Of a stretch of DNA of 64,000 bases, positions 37,452 to 50,596 are shown one piece after another. Each line of letters starts with the position of its first letter. The stretch's first letter is position 1. The position numbers and the translations under genes are program-made. Origin of the DNA: Camelus dromedarius (lineage: Eukaryota); the NCBI RefSeq assembly GCF_036321535.1, contig NC_087447.1, positions 46,440,001 to 46,504,000 of the forward strand. Reading direction: 5' to 3'. The notes under the pieces were generated by a model. That model did no database searches and was not told the DNA's origin. It saw only the letters and a program-made list of their open reading frames with translations.

Positions 37452-40400
37452 CTACTCTGCTGACTGGCTCTGAGTTAGCTCAGGGCCAACAGAAACCACA
37501 ATCATTACCATAACTCTTATGTTGGCCATCATTTGGCTGCCAGTAATCGAGGCTGTGAAACTAGATTCCCAGGTATCTAAGTCCTCCCTTCTAAGGTGTC
37601 TCACATACTAAGAACATAACAACTACTAGTTTACAAAGTATTTCACATGTGTCCTCCCTGCAGATAGATGATGCAATATTGTATCATTGTCAGCCTGGCA
37701 CAGGTATGGACATGAAGGCTTAGAGAGGGGAAGTAACTGCAGGTAGAACCGAGACCAGAATTCCAATCTGTATGACCACAAATCCCATAGTTATTCCCCT
37801 GATACCAAGGTATCTGTAAGGTGCAATAAATGTAGAATACCCTGTAAGCTAGACCAAAGACCCAGAGAAAGCCTGATGGCTGAGATATGGAAAAGGGTGG
37901 TGGTAGTGGAGAGATGAAAGGAAGATAAGAAAGAAACTATTGATCTGTACCTCTTGGACTTCTGAGTACCTGTTCTCAGAAGCACAGAAAATGAAATTCA
38001 TGCCAAAGCGGGTAGACAGGGTTTGGGAGAGCCCCCTGCTGCCCCTGGCCCTGAGTTCCCTTCCAAAGTATCTTCCATGGTGGGTCAGATCTCAAGGGCA
38101 TCAGTTATAATGAAGATATACCCTTGTACTCACCCACACATTCCCTCTGTTCACTGACAAAACCCTCCATCCGTCCAAACAAGCTTCCTCCTTCCTCCCT
38201 TCTTTCCTCCACATAGCTATCTATGTTAATTCATTCATTCATCCATTCATTCACCAAGTACTTTCAGGTGTCTACCAAATGCTGAGCCCTGTGCTGAGGC
38301 CTAGATATATGGAGATGAGTGAGAAAACTGTCCCTGTCACTGAGGTACTCATGATCTAGTCCAATACAGACAAGTAACAGATAGCTATACACAGTGTGTA
38401 AGTTCTATAACAGATATACAAGGTGTTGGGTAGGCCAAAAAGGATGGAGTGATCAACTCTACCTGAAAGGAGTCAGAGAAGGTGAGGCATAAGCTAAACC
38501 CAGAAGGAGTAAGAGTTTGGCTAAACCCTCTAGGAGAAAGGATTTAGCCACTGTCAGGTCTTCCTACCTCAGTAGGAACCACCGAGTTACTGGGGGACCA
38601 GGATAGGAGGGTAAAAGGATGATTAAGAAGACAAGCAATATATGGCTTAGACTTGAGGTACAGAACAGGAAGGACAGGCTACAGAACAAGAAGGGCCCAC
38701 AGAGAAGAGCACTGACTACTGAGTAAATCAAGCAGGTGAAACAGAAGGGGCAGAAATGGAACTTAATCTCTGAAAAAACCAAGTACATATTTGTCAGTGA
38801 CTAAAGCCTCAAAAGATGTGGTGGGAAAAGCAGGGAGGGAAGGGGTAAAACGTCTAGGCTGCAAGTTTCCTGCTGACAAATTGTAGTCTTCTGCCCACTT
38901 TGCCCCTGGAGTGAAAGGGAGTTGAACCTCCTCAAGATACACAGCAGGTGGCGCTACATGCACAGCTAAAAACAAATCAGAGGCGCCATTTTCAGCCTCA
39001 GCCTCCTTCCCTTGCTGACTATCTTCCTCTATTGTATTCTTCCATGACCCAATTGCTAGAAATTATACCATTAGGAATTCAATTCACCACTGAAATATTA
39101 TCCTCTCTGAAAACAGCCTCTTCTGAAAAGCCTTTGATATGTCTGTCTTCCCCACGCAATAGGGAGCTCCTTTAAAATAAAACCAAAACTACCCACTTTC
39201 ACAGTCCTAACAGGATCTAATGCAGATAAAGATCAATAAATACTATTGGGTGCAGAAATGAGCAAATAAATGTACAATCAAGCCTTGCCCCACTCCATCT
39301 CCTCCACAGAAGACTAAGCATCTTGAAGGCAGCTATCAATTACCATTACAAGTAAGAAAATTAGGCAGCCTGACTGCAAGCCCTGGCTCTAAGTAGCTAT
39401 ATGACTATGGACAAGTCTGTTCCCCAAGCGAGATCTGTCTCTTCATTTTTAAGTGGGAATCAAAATCCTGCCTGCCTCAAAGAATTATCTTGAAACCCAA
39501 TGCAATCCTAACTGGAATGCACATGTGGCATTACATTTATTCACCCCAAATATCAGGAACTCTGTAAAAAAGCTCTATGGTGGCTGGCAGAGCAGGCCTG
39601 CCAAGGGAGGAGGGACAAGGAAGCATGTAGGCTCTAGACAATGTCAGAGGAGGATATATACGTGTGCAGGCCTGTCTCTGGGTGTGTGTGTGCATTCATT
39701 TCTCAAAGTGCCACAGTGGTTATTTAGCTCTGGAGGCCTTGGGGAGCAGGGAGATCTGGGAGCTTAGTTTTATCCCTGAACTTGGAATGCCTCCTGCCTA
39801 GATTCTTTGCCTTTGGAATGAAAACAGTACATGTTTTTCAGACAAATGAAGAATGGGAACTGCCCACATAGCAGCATTTAGCCCCCAGTTGAAAAAGGGC
39901 CCAGAAACAAGGGGCCCAGCAAAGTAGCCAGGAATCAGCTCAAAGATAAAACTCCTCTTGCCCCCTAAAAGCCCAGCCCATGGAAATGAATCTGCTAGGG
40001 CTGCCCTTACTGATGCACCCTATGGGTGTCAAAATTCCTAGCTCACTATTTACTGATATGTGACCCCAAGCAAAGCATTCACACTCTCTGAGACTTTGTC
40101 TTCAACTCTAAGAGTGAGATAATAATAATACCTACCTAACAGGGTTGTGGTGACTTAAAACAATGATGCATTTAAGTATTTAACAGTACCTAGCTCTTAA
40201 GAAATCCTTTCCCTATCCCTTCAAAAAAACAGTATCTGTCATTTTAAAATAACAGAAAAGAGCCAGACTTCATTTCCTTTTATATGGATTCCTGCAAAGA
40301 CTTCCCAGTTGGAGTCTTTAGGCTGCTGGAATAATTTTCTAAAAGACAGTCCTGATGTAGGGCTCTCCTCTTCTCAAAAACAAAACAAATTGAAAAAACA

Positions 40401-40880
40401 AATGCCTGCATTGACTCGCTATTGCCTTTTGCCTCCTACTAAACTTCCCCATGAGTCTTAAGGTGCCAGGGATCTGGCCTCCCTCTATACATTTGACCAG
40501 AACTACCAGGACTGCCCTACCCATCTTTCAAAGCCACCTCCTCAGACTCCACATCCACCCATCTCCTGCCCCTGTGCCCTTCCAGTCCTTGGCGTTCTCG
40601 TCCCGTAAGCTGACACCGAGTCACTGCGCCTTCTTATGTGTGAGCCTCATGGTCCCAGGAGCAGAGACTTCCTTACAATTCCCCGCACAGACCCGGTTCC
40701 TAGATGTCAGGAAGTACCCAGGTCACCTGACTGACTGGCACTGTCTCTTCACAACTAGATCTTATACAATAGTTTTTAAGTCATGTTTTATTTAAACAGA
40801 ATCCCAGAGTATTAGAGCTAGAAGGCTTTGATATCCTCGCAGGTCAATCCCTTCACATTACTGATGAGGAAGTAAGTCCT

Positions 40881-40956
40881 AGAAGGGAAAGAGATTTACC
40901 CAAAGTCATACAAGTGAGTACTTTTGAGATTTAGATTCAGTACAAGAAAGAACTAA
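40881..40956 (+). repeat. 76-bp direct repeat, copy 1 (part of a MIR plus flank)
   Basis: 73/76 identical to 41895-41970. Confidence 0.9.
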
Positions 40957-41354
40957 AGGTATTAGGAAGACCAATTTGTGAGGTTTCTTTGGAGAACAGT
41001 TAATTATGTCTATTTTTATGGAAAGGAAAGCAGTCCAGATGTAGGACAAAGGATAGAATGATCCCTAACAAGCCATCCAACCAGAGAGCTCAAGACCTCT
41101 GACAGCTCCACACATTTCTCCCTCTGAAGCTCCAAAGGAGAACAGACAGAAATAAGTTTCTGCCCTGGGGAGGAATACTTGCCTATGCAATGGAATGCAG
41201 GTACCCAAGCTCCATTGCAGTTTTGGAAGGATGACACAGCCTGGGCAGCTGCATCAGCAGGGTCTCAGGGGCCAGGTGGCCCACAACCCAGGTGGAAACA
41301 GGAGGCTCCCAAGAGCTGCCAGCACCAGGGCCATGGGGAAGGGGCAGGACCTTA

Positions 41355-41558
<204 letters not shown>

Positions 41559-41894
41559 TCAGGTTGCCCATTGCAGGCTTAGCCTTGCAGATACCGCTGT
41601 ATCCCCTCCTCCATGAAGCCTTCCCACTCAAGAGGAATTCATTTCCCTTCTTAGACACATACTTGCCACACTCTGTGCCTATTTCTCTGCTAAGTTAAGG
41701 CCTAGTTTGGAAAGGATGAGAGGCCTTAGAGCAATAAGGAAGCCTACTGATCATGCTTGCGTAGTATGCAGCGAAGAGGAGAGAACTGGTGCCTTCTCAA
41801 TACATCCCAGCCATTCTGGGCTGTGATGAGCCCATGTGCCTGGAGGCAGGCTTCTGCCTTACAGGGTAAGCAAAGCTAAGGTGCTACAGTAGGA

Positions 41895-41970
41895 AGAAGG
41901 GAAAGAGATTTACCCGAAGTCATACAAGTGAGTACTTTTGAGATTTAGATTCTGTACAAGGAAGAACTAA
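41895..41970 (+). repeat. 76-bp direct repeat, copy 2
   Basis: 73/76 identical to 40881-40956. Confidence 0.9.
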
Positions 41971-44535
41971 GGTAAGGGTATGAAGCAATGTCACTACGTC
42001 TTGAGGACTGTCTGTGGGATTGAGGTTACTGCAGGAGCTAGGTCTCCTGGACTACTAGGCTATTCCATGTACAAGGTATAAAATCCAGAGCAGGTCAATT
42101 CTCACCTATGGAGAGCATTTCTAGGCTGTGGCACAACCCATACATCAGGGGGAATGGGAGTAGCATCAAGAGATTGGTATATATAACACATTACATGTGC
42201 CAGGAAGAGAGGGGCAGATCTACCTCCAGACAATGTCTGGCAACAACTTGGTGAAGTGCCAGGGCCCTGGCCACCAGCTGGGGTTCAAAGCAATGCTCAG
42301 CCTCCAGGGCAAAACTGAAAAGCTAAACAAGGAATAATACCAGAAAACAGGAGCAAAATCCATGTCCTCTTAGGACTTAACTGAGTTCTTAACTGAGCCA
42401 ACCAGAAGAGGGGCAGTCCTGGAGCCTGAGACTGCTCCTAATGTACCAGACCTGAGCTCTGGGCCACAGCACAGGAGACTGAAAGAGACACCTTCACTAT
42501 AGGAGAAGAAGCTGCTGCTGGAAGCCCTGCCTACGTTGTACTCCACTTGAAATAGAGCAGCTGTGGCTCAGAGGAGAAACGAGGGAATGACTTCCTGTGC
42601 CAGCAGGTTACCTCAGCTGGGGAGGAAGAGGCAGGACTGACAGGATTTCAGTGCCCAGTAAAGACAAGGGGCTGAGGGGAATCCAAAAGGACTCAGGCAG
42701 AGCCACCAAGTTGAGGCAGAGTCTAGACAGCAGGAAAAGACACATGTAGCTGGAATTCTACTGCATGAAGCTGAGGCCCAGTTTGACAAAAAAGGTCCTA
42801 TGCATAGCACCTCGTTGAAAGGTTGAGAAGCAGGACATGGGGATGGTGTGGGGTCAAAGATAGATTAGCACATTCTATTTCCATCCAAGGGAGTTACTAG
42901 ATCCAAGGTGTAGCTGTGTTCTTTACATGTTTATGCCAGACTTAACGGAGAAAACTGAGGGTCCTCTATGGCCATCCTCCAGACAGGTCTACACTTCAAG
43001 CCATACTCAAATCCTCACTCTCTTGTCCTTCAAGTCCCAAGAAAAGATATCTCTGCAGCACAGTGAACTGCCTTCCTTTCTGGAACACACCTGCCTCTTA
43101 CACAGCCTCTACCAAAGGCTCCCTGTCTCCTCTGTTTGTTAAGGACTTTTCATCTTGGCTTCCAAGGGTTTCTCACCTCCAGCATCCCCTTTACATTCCT
43201 ACCAAAAGTCAAAGGTATTCTGTTCAAACAAGGCTCTGTGCAATCAGCACCTTCCTCCATTACCTCCAACCTTCAAAGTTCTTAAGGTGGGCATGAAGAT
43301 CAGGCACCTATCCATTCTATTCAGCCTCTTATTCTACTTTGTTCAGATCAATTTGGAACAAGATCCTATTATTTTTTCCTGCCTCATATTCTCATCCAAG
43401 TCATGAATAAAAATACTGAATGACCAGGGCCAAGGATAGGACCTATCAGTCAGCCCCTCCTCTGAGGTAATCCTGTTCCACCTATCAGTATCCTCTGGAT
43501 CTCTTCAACCAGTTTTGACTCCACTTAAATATACAAGAATCCACCTCATAGGCCCCTGTGCCTTGTCAAATGCCTAGCTGAAGCTCTGATATGCTGTCTG
43601 TCACATTCCATGAGCTACCAAGCTTGGTGGGTAGAAAATGAGTCTAATCTGGTTGATTTACTCCATGGTCCCTACTGATCATCTCTTGTCTGTAAGCCAG
43701 TGTCTACAGTACTGATCAGCTTCAAGCTCTCTCTCCTTAATCTACATAATAAAGGAGGAGAAATGAGAGAAAATATCAACTGTTTCAGGCATTTATATTC
43801 ACATTTCAAATTCTTCAACTACTCCATAAGGTAGGGTATCCCCATTCTATAGACCAGAAAACTGAGGCTCCACAGGGGCACTAAAAGTGCTAGAGTCCAT
43901 AAAAAGTCACAGTGCTGGAATTCTAATGCAGATTTACCTGACTGCAGTCTTTCTGCTACACACTACTTTCTCATACTCAACGCAGCAGATATCTGCTTTG
44001 TTACATGCAAACATCTCTCACCATGGAGATGCCTATATCCCCTGATCCAGCCTGAGAATGACTCTAAGAGTTCCAAGGCCCTCCCCTGCGAACAGGATGC
44101 TGGGAGCTGGCTGTGGCATTGCTTTCAGGACAGTGAAGACCCAAAGGCTGAATAGCCAGGCCTTCAAGGTTAAACATAAGGCCTCATGTAGAGAAATTCT
44201 TGTTTCATCAAAGGAAGCATCCTGCACTGAGTATTGGAAGTCTGGGTTCTACACTTGCCTCTGCCCAAATTTGTTATGAAATTCAGTTCCCCTATCTGGG
44301 TCTTAGCTTTCTCAGCTGTAAAATGCACTATCACAGAATTACTAAAGAGATCAAATGCATAATTGCAAATAAAAGTGCTTTCAGGTGTTTGGAAATATTC
44401 AGATGGACATATCCAGTAGGTAATGAATAATGCAGATGTGAAGTTTGAGGAAGAAGTACAAGTTAGAGTAGATGTGAGAATTATCAGGATCCTTCAGTGG
44501 GGCCCTGGGCTGAACCCCACAGTCCTAAGGGAATC

Positions 44536-45103
44536 TGTGATGGTTAATTTTATGTGTCAAATTGACTGGGCTACGGTATATCCAGGTAGCTGGTAAAACA
44601 TTCTTTCTGGATGCATCTGTGAAGTTGTCTTTGTAAGAGATTAGTACTTGAATCGGTAGACTGAGTAAAGACCATCTTCACTAATGTAAGTGGGCATCAC
44701 CCAATTGTCCTCATGCTGCTGAGGACCAGCCTGATCAGAATCAAAAGGCAGAGAGCAGCAAATCTGCTTTGTCAGCTTGAGTTGAGACATCCATCTTCTG
44801 CCCTTTTACATCAGCGCTCCAGGCTCTTAGGTCTTCAGAATCAGACTCAGACTCATGCCATTGGCCCTCCGATTCTCTGGCCTTTGGACTTGGACTGACA
44901 CCATAAGCTCCCCTGGTTCTCAGGCCTTCGGACTCAGGCTGAATTACACCTCTGGCTCTCCTAGGTCTCCAGCCTGCAGATGGCAAATCATGGGACTTCT
45001 TGGCCTCCATAATCACATGAGCCAATTCTCATAATAAATCTCCTCTTTTATATATCTATACACATACCCTATTTGTTCTGTTTCTCTGGAGAACCCTAAT
45101 AGA
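44536..45103 (+). mobile_element. MLT2-type (ERVL) solo LTR
   Basis: Starts tgtgatggttaattttatgtgtcaa, has an internal AATAAA and ends tctgtttctctggagaaccctaataga. Exact 5-bp TSD gaatc at 44531-44535 and 45104-45108. Confidence 0.88.
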
Positions 45104-45168
45104 GAATCTATAAACTATTGTGTCAGGGGAAAAAAAGAGGAAAAAAGTGGAAATTAAGAGTCTATGCC

Positions 45169-48100
45169 ATAAGCCACAATGCCAGAGAGATACAAGCAAT
45201 ATGAAGAAGCAGAGGAACCACTCCCAATTAAAAGAGCAAGAGAAATCCGCTGAAAGAACAAACAATGAAATAGACATTGATGGCCTACTAGATCAAGATT
45301 TCAGAAAAGGAGTGATCAAAGTACTGAAGGAACTAAAAGAGATAGTGTTTAGAGATATAATATATGTCAAAAATGAAACTGAAGCTATAAAGAAGAACCA
45401 AGTAGAAATGGTAAACTCATTTGCTGAGATGAGAGCTGATCTAAAGGATGTACAAAGCAGGCTAGATAATGCAGAGGAACGAATAAGTGACCTAGAAGAC
45501 AGGACAACAGAATGCACCCAATCAGAACAGCTGAGACAAAAACAAATTAAAAAACAATGAAAACAATATAAGGGACCTATGGGATAATATAAAGCATGCC
45601 AATCTACGCAAAATAGGGGTTCCAGAAGGGGAAGAAAGAACAAAGGGGATTGAAAAGGTATTTGAAGAAATCATGACTGAAAACTTCCTAAACCTAAAGA
45701 AGGAATCAGATATCCAAGTATAGGAAGCTCAGATGGTCCCAAACAAGAAGAACCCAAACAGACCCACACTAAGACATATCATAACCAAGATGGCCAGAGC
45801 CAAGGATAAAGAAAATATCCTAAAGGCAGCAAGAGAAAAACAAAGAGTGAATTACAAGGGAACCCCCATAAGGCTCTCAGCTGATTTCTCTACACAAACA
45901 CTACAGGCCAGAAGGGAGTGGCAAGATATATTCAAAGTCCTGAGTGAAAAAAAGATGCAGCCTAGGATACTTTATCCAGCAAGGCTATCCTTTAGAATAG
46001 AAGGAGAGATAAAGGATTTCATAGACAAGCAAAAACTAGAAGAGTTTAGCAACACTAAACCCATGCTAAAAGAAATATTCTACTCTAAATAGAAAAGAAG
46101 CAAGATGCTACAAAAATGAGAAACTCATAACTGGAAAGGTGATAATTATCATGAATTACAAATAGAATAAACACAAAATTGTAAAAGAAGACATCTAAAT
46201 CATTAAGAGTGGGAGATGGAAGCAAGAAAATATAGAGTACTTTTTTTTCTTTTTAAAATTTTTTGTTCTCAGTAGGATGGGTTTGAGCTTATATTACTAT
46301 CTGTTTAACACAAACAGTTATACTAATGGGTTAATAGAATTACACAAAAGGATAACCGCAAGCCAAAAACTTACAAGTGAGTCACAAAAACTAAATAAAA
46401 TCCAAGATAATACAAAGGAAAGTTACCAAACCACAAAAGGAAGAAGAAAGGAACTGCAAAAATAAGTTCAAAGTGGCAATTAACACACATCTATCATTAA
46501 TTACTGTAAATTTTAATGGACTAAATGCTCCAATCAAAAGACATAGAGTTGGCAGATTGGATAATAAAGCAAGAACCTTCAACATGCTGCATACAAGAGA
46601 CCCACTTTAGGGAGAAGGACACATATAGATTGACAGTGAAAGGATGGAAAAGGATATTCCACGCAAATGGAAAAGCCAAAAAAGCAGGTGTAGCAGTACT
46701 GATTTCAGACAAAATAAACTTTAAAACAAAGGCCACAAAGAAAAATAAAGAAGGACATTTTATAATGATTAAAGGAGTAATACAAGATGAGGATATTACA
46801 CTCATTAATATATATGCACCAAATATAGGAGCACCTAAGTACACAAAACAATTACTAACAGAGATAAAGGGGGTAATTGATGGGAATACAATCATTGTAG
46901 GAGATTTTAACACTGCATTAACATCACTAGACAGATCTTCCAGACAGAAAATAAATAAGGCAACAGAGAAATTAAATAATACAATAGAAAAATTAGATTT
47001 GGTGGATATTTTCAGAGCATTACACCCCTCAAAAATAGGATATACATTCTTTTCAAGTGCATATGGGACATTTTCTAGGATTGATCATGTACTTGGGCAC
47101 AAAAGAAGCCTCAACAATTTTAAGAAGATAGAAATTATCTCAAGCATCTTTACTGATCACAATGCCATGAAACTAGAAATCAACTACAGAGAAACAAAGG
47201 AGGAAAAAAAGGAAAGCATAGAGATCAAACAACATGCTATTAAAAAAACCAATGGTTCAATGATGAAATCAAAGTTGAAATTTAAAAATACCTCGAGACA
47301 AATGAAAATGAAAACACAACCACACAAAATTTATGGGATGCAGCAAAGGCAGTGCTAAGAAGGAAGTTTATAGCGATACAGGCCTTCCTCAAAAAAGAAG
47401 AACAATCTCAAGTAAACAATCAAACCCATCAGCTAAAAGAATCAGAAAAAGAAGAGCAAAAAAATCCAAAAGTCAGCAGAAGGAAGGAAATAATAAAGAT
47501 CAGGGAGGAAATTTAAAAAATAGAGATTTAAAAAAATAGAAAAAAATCAATCAAACCAAAAGCTCGTTTTTTGAAAGAGTAAATAAAATCGACAAACCTC
47601 TGGCCAAACTCACAAAGAAGAAAAAAGAGAGAGCACAAATAAGCAAAATAAGAAAGGAAAATGGAGAAATTACAACAAAGAACATAGAAATACAGAATAT
47701 CATACAAGAATATTATGAAAAATCATATGGAATCAAAATGGATAACCTAGAGTAGATGGACAAGTTTCTGGAAACACAGTCCACCAAGACTGAATCAAGG
47801 AGAAACTGATCACTTGAACAAACTGATCATTGGAAATGAAATCGAATTAGCAATAAAAAACCTCCCTACAAATAGAAGTCCAGGACTGGATGGCTTCACT
47901 GGAGAATTCTACTAAACATACAAAGAAGAACTCATACCAGTCCTTCTCAAAATCTTCCAGAAGATTGAAAAGGAGGGAATACTCCCAAACTCATTCCATG
48001 AAGCCACCATCACCCTGATACCAAAACCAGGCAAAGACACTACCAAAAAAGAGAATTACATACCAATATCACTGATGAACATAGATGCAAAAATCCTTAC

Positions 48101-50596
48101 CAAAATATTAGCAAATAGACTCCAACAGCACATGAAAAAGATTATATACAATGATTAAGTTGGGCTCATCCCAGGGACACAAGGGTGGTTCAACATATGC
48201 AAATCAATCAATATAATACATCACATCAACAAGAAAAAGGACAAAAACCACATGATCATCTCAATAGATGCAGAAAATGCATTTGATAAAATTCAACACC
48301 CATTTATGATAAAAACTCTCACCAAAGTGGGTATAGAGGGAACATATCTCAACATCATAAAAGCTATAGATAACAAACCTACAGCCAGCATAGTACTCAA
48401 TGGGGAAAAACTCAAAACCTTCTCACTAAAATCTGGGACAATACAAGGCTGCCTACTATCACCACTCCTATTCACATAGTCTTGGAAGTCCTAGCCACAG
48501 CAATCAGGCAAGACAGAGAAATAAAAGGGATCCAAATTGGAAAAGAAGAGGTAAAAGCGTCACTGTATGCAGACAACATGACACTATATATAGAAAACCC
48601 TAAAAGGTCCACACAAAAACTACTAGAAATAATCGGAGAATTCAGTAAGGTAGAAGGTTACAAGATTAACGTTCAAAAATCAGTTGCATTTCTTTACACT
48701 AACGATGAATCAACAGAAAAAGAAAGTAAAGAAACAATCCCCTTTAAAATAGTACCCAAAGTAATAAAATACCTAGGAATAAATCTAACCAAGGAGGTGA
48801 AAGACTTACACAAGGAAAACTATAAAATACTGATGAAGAAAATTAAAGAAGTCTTTAAAAAATGAAAAGATATCCCATGCTCCTGGACTGGAAGAATCAA
48901 TATTGTTAAAATGGTCATACTGCCCAAGGCAATCTGCAGATTTAATGCAATCCCTATCCAATTACCCAGGATATATTTCACAGAACTAGAACAAATCATA
49001 ATAAAATTTATATGGAACCACAAAAGACCTAGAATTGCCAAAACATTACTGAAGAAAAAGAGAGGCTGGAGGAATAACTCTCCCAGACTTCAGACAATAC
49101 TATATAGCTACTGTCATCAAGACAGCATGGTATTGGTACAAAAACAGACATATGGACCAATGGAATAGAATAGAGAGCCCAGAATGAACCCACAAACTTT
49201 TGGTCAACTCATTTTCGACAAAGGAGGCAAGAATATACAAATGGAATAAAGACAGTCTCTTCAGCAAATGGTGTTGGGAAAACTGGACAGCAGCATGTAA
49301 ATCAATAAGCTAGAACACTCCCTTACACCATACACAAAAATCAACTCAAAATGGATCAAAGACTTAAACATAAGACAAGATACAATAAACCTCCTAGAAG
49401 AAAATATAGGCAAAACATTATCTCACATACATCTCAAAAATGTTCTCCTAGGGCAGTCTTCCCAAGCAATAGAAATAAAAGCAAGAATAAATAAATGGGA
49501 CCTAATGAAACTTACAAGCTTCTGCACAGCAAAGGAAACCATAAGTAAAACAAAATGACAACCTATGGAATGCGAGAAAATTTTTGCAAATGAAACCGAC
49601 AAAGGCTTGATCTCCAGAATATATAAGCAGCTCATATGACTTAATAAGAAAAAAACAAACAACTCAATCCAAAAATGGGCAAAAGCTTAAACAAGCAATT
49701 CTCTAAGGAAGAAATACAAATGATCAATAGGCACATGAAAAAATGCTCAATATCACTAATTATCAGAGAAATACAAATCAAAACTACAATGAGGTATCAC
49801 CTCACATCAGTCAGAATGGCCATCATTCAAAAGTCCACAAATGACAAATGCTGGAGAGGCTGTGGAGAAAAGGGAACCCTCCTACACTGCTATGGGAATG
49901 CAGTTTGGTACAGCCACTGTGGAAAACAGTATGGAGATTCCTCAAAAGACCAGGAATAGACTTACCATATGACCCAAGAATCCTGCTCCTGGGCATATAT
50001 CCAGAAGGAACCCTACTTCAAAATGACACCTGCACCCCAATGTTCATAGCAGCACTATTTACAATAGCCAAGACATGGAAACAGCCTAAATGTCCATCAA
50101 CAGATGACTGGATAAAGAAGAGGTGGTGTATTTATACAATGGAATACTATTCAGCCATAAAAACCGACAATATAACGCCATTTGCAGCAACATGGATGTT
50201 CCTGGAAAATGTCATTCTAAGTGAATTAAACCAGAAAAAGAAAGAAAAATACCACATAAGATTGCTCATATGTGGAATCTAAAACAAAAACAAAAACAAA
50301 ACATAAATACAAAACAGAAACAGACTCATAGATGTAGAATACAAACTTGTGGTTGCCAAAGGGGAGAGGGGTGGGAAGGGACAGACTGGGATTTCAAAAT
50401 CAGAATAGATAAACAAGATTATACTGTATAGCACAGGGAAATATATACAAGATTTTGTGGTAGCTCACAGCAAAATAAATGTGACAATGAATGTATGTAT
50501 GTTCATGTATAACTGAAAAATTGTGCTCTACGCTGGAATTTGACACAACATTGTAAAATGACTATAACTCAATTTAAAAAGTTGAAAAAAAAGTCT
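45169..50596 (+). mobile_element. Near-full-length decayed LINE-1 (ORF1 about 45201-46092, ORF2 about 46473-50282), antisense to STIM1
   Basis: ORF1 coiled-coil/RRM/CTD remnants, endonuclease motifs (CCIQETH, NIYAPN, VGDFNT, RIDH, TDHN), RT region and Cys-rich C-terminus, with multiple frameshifts and stops. TSD agtctatgcc at 45159-45168 and 50597-50606. Confidence 0.95.

Noticed and set aside
45120..50282. Endonuclease/reverse-transcriptase ORFs as a novel RT system
   Set aside because: They are ordinary LINE-1 ORF1/ORF2 fragments with frameshifts, stops, an A tail and a TSD.
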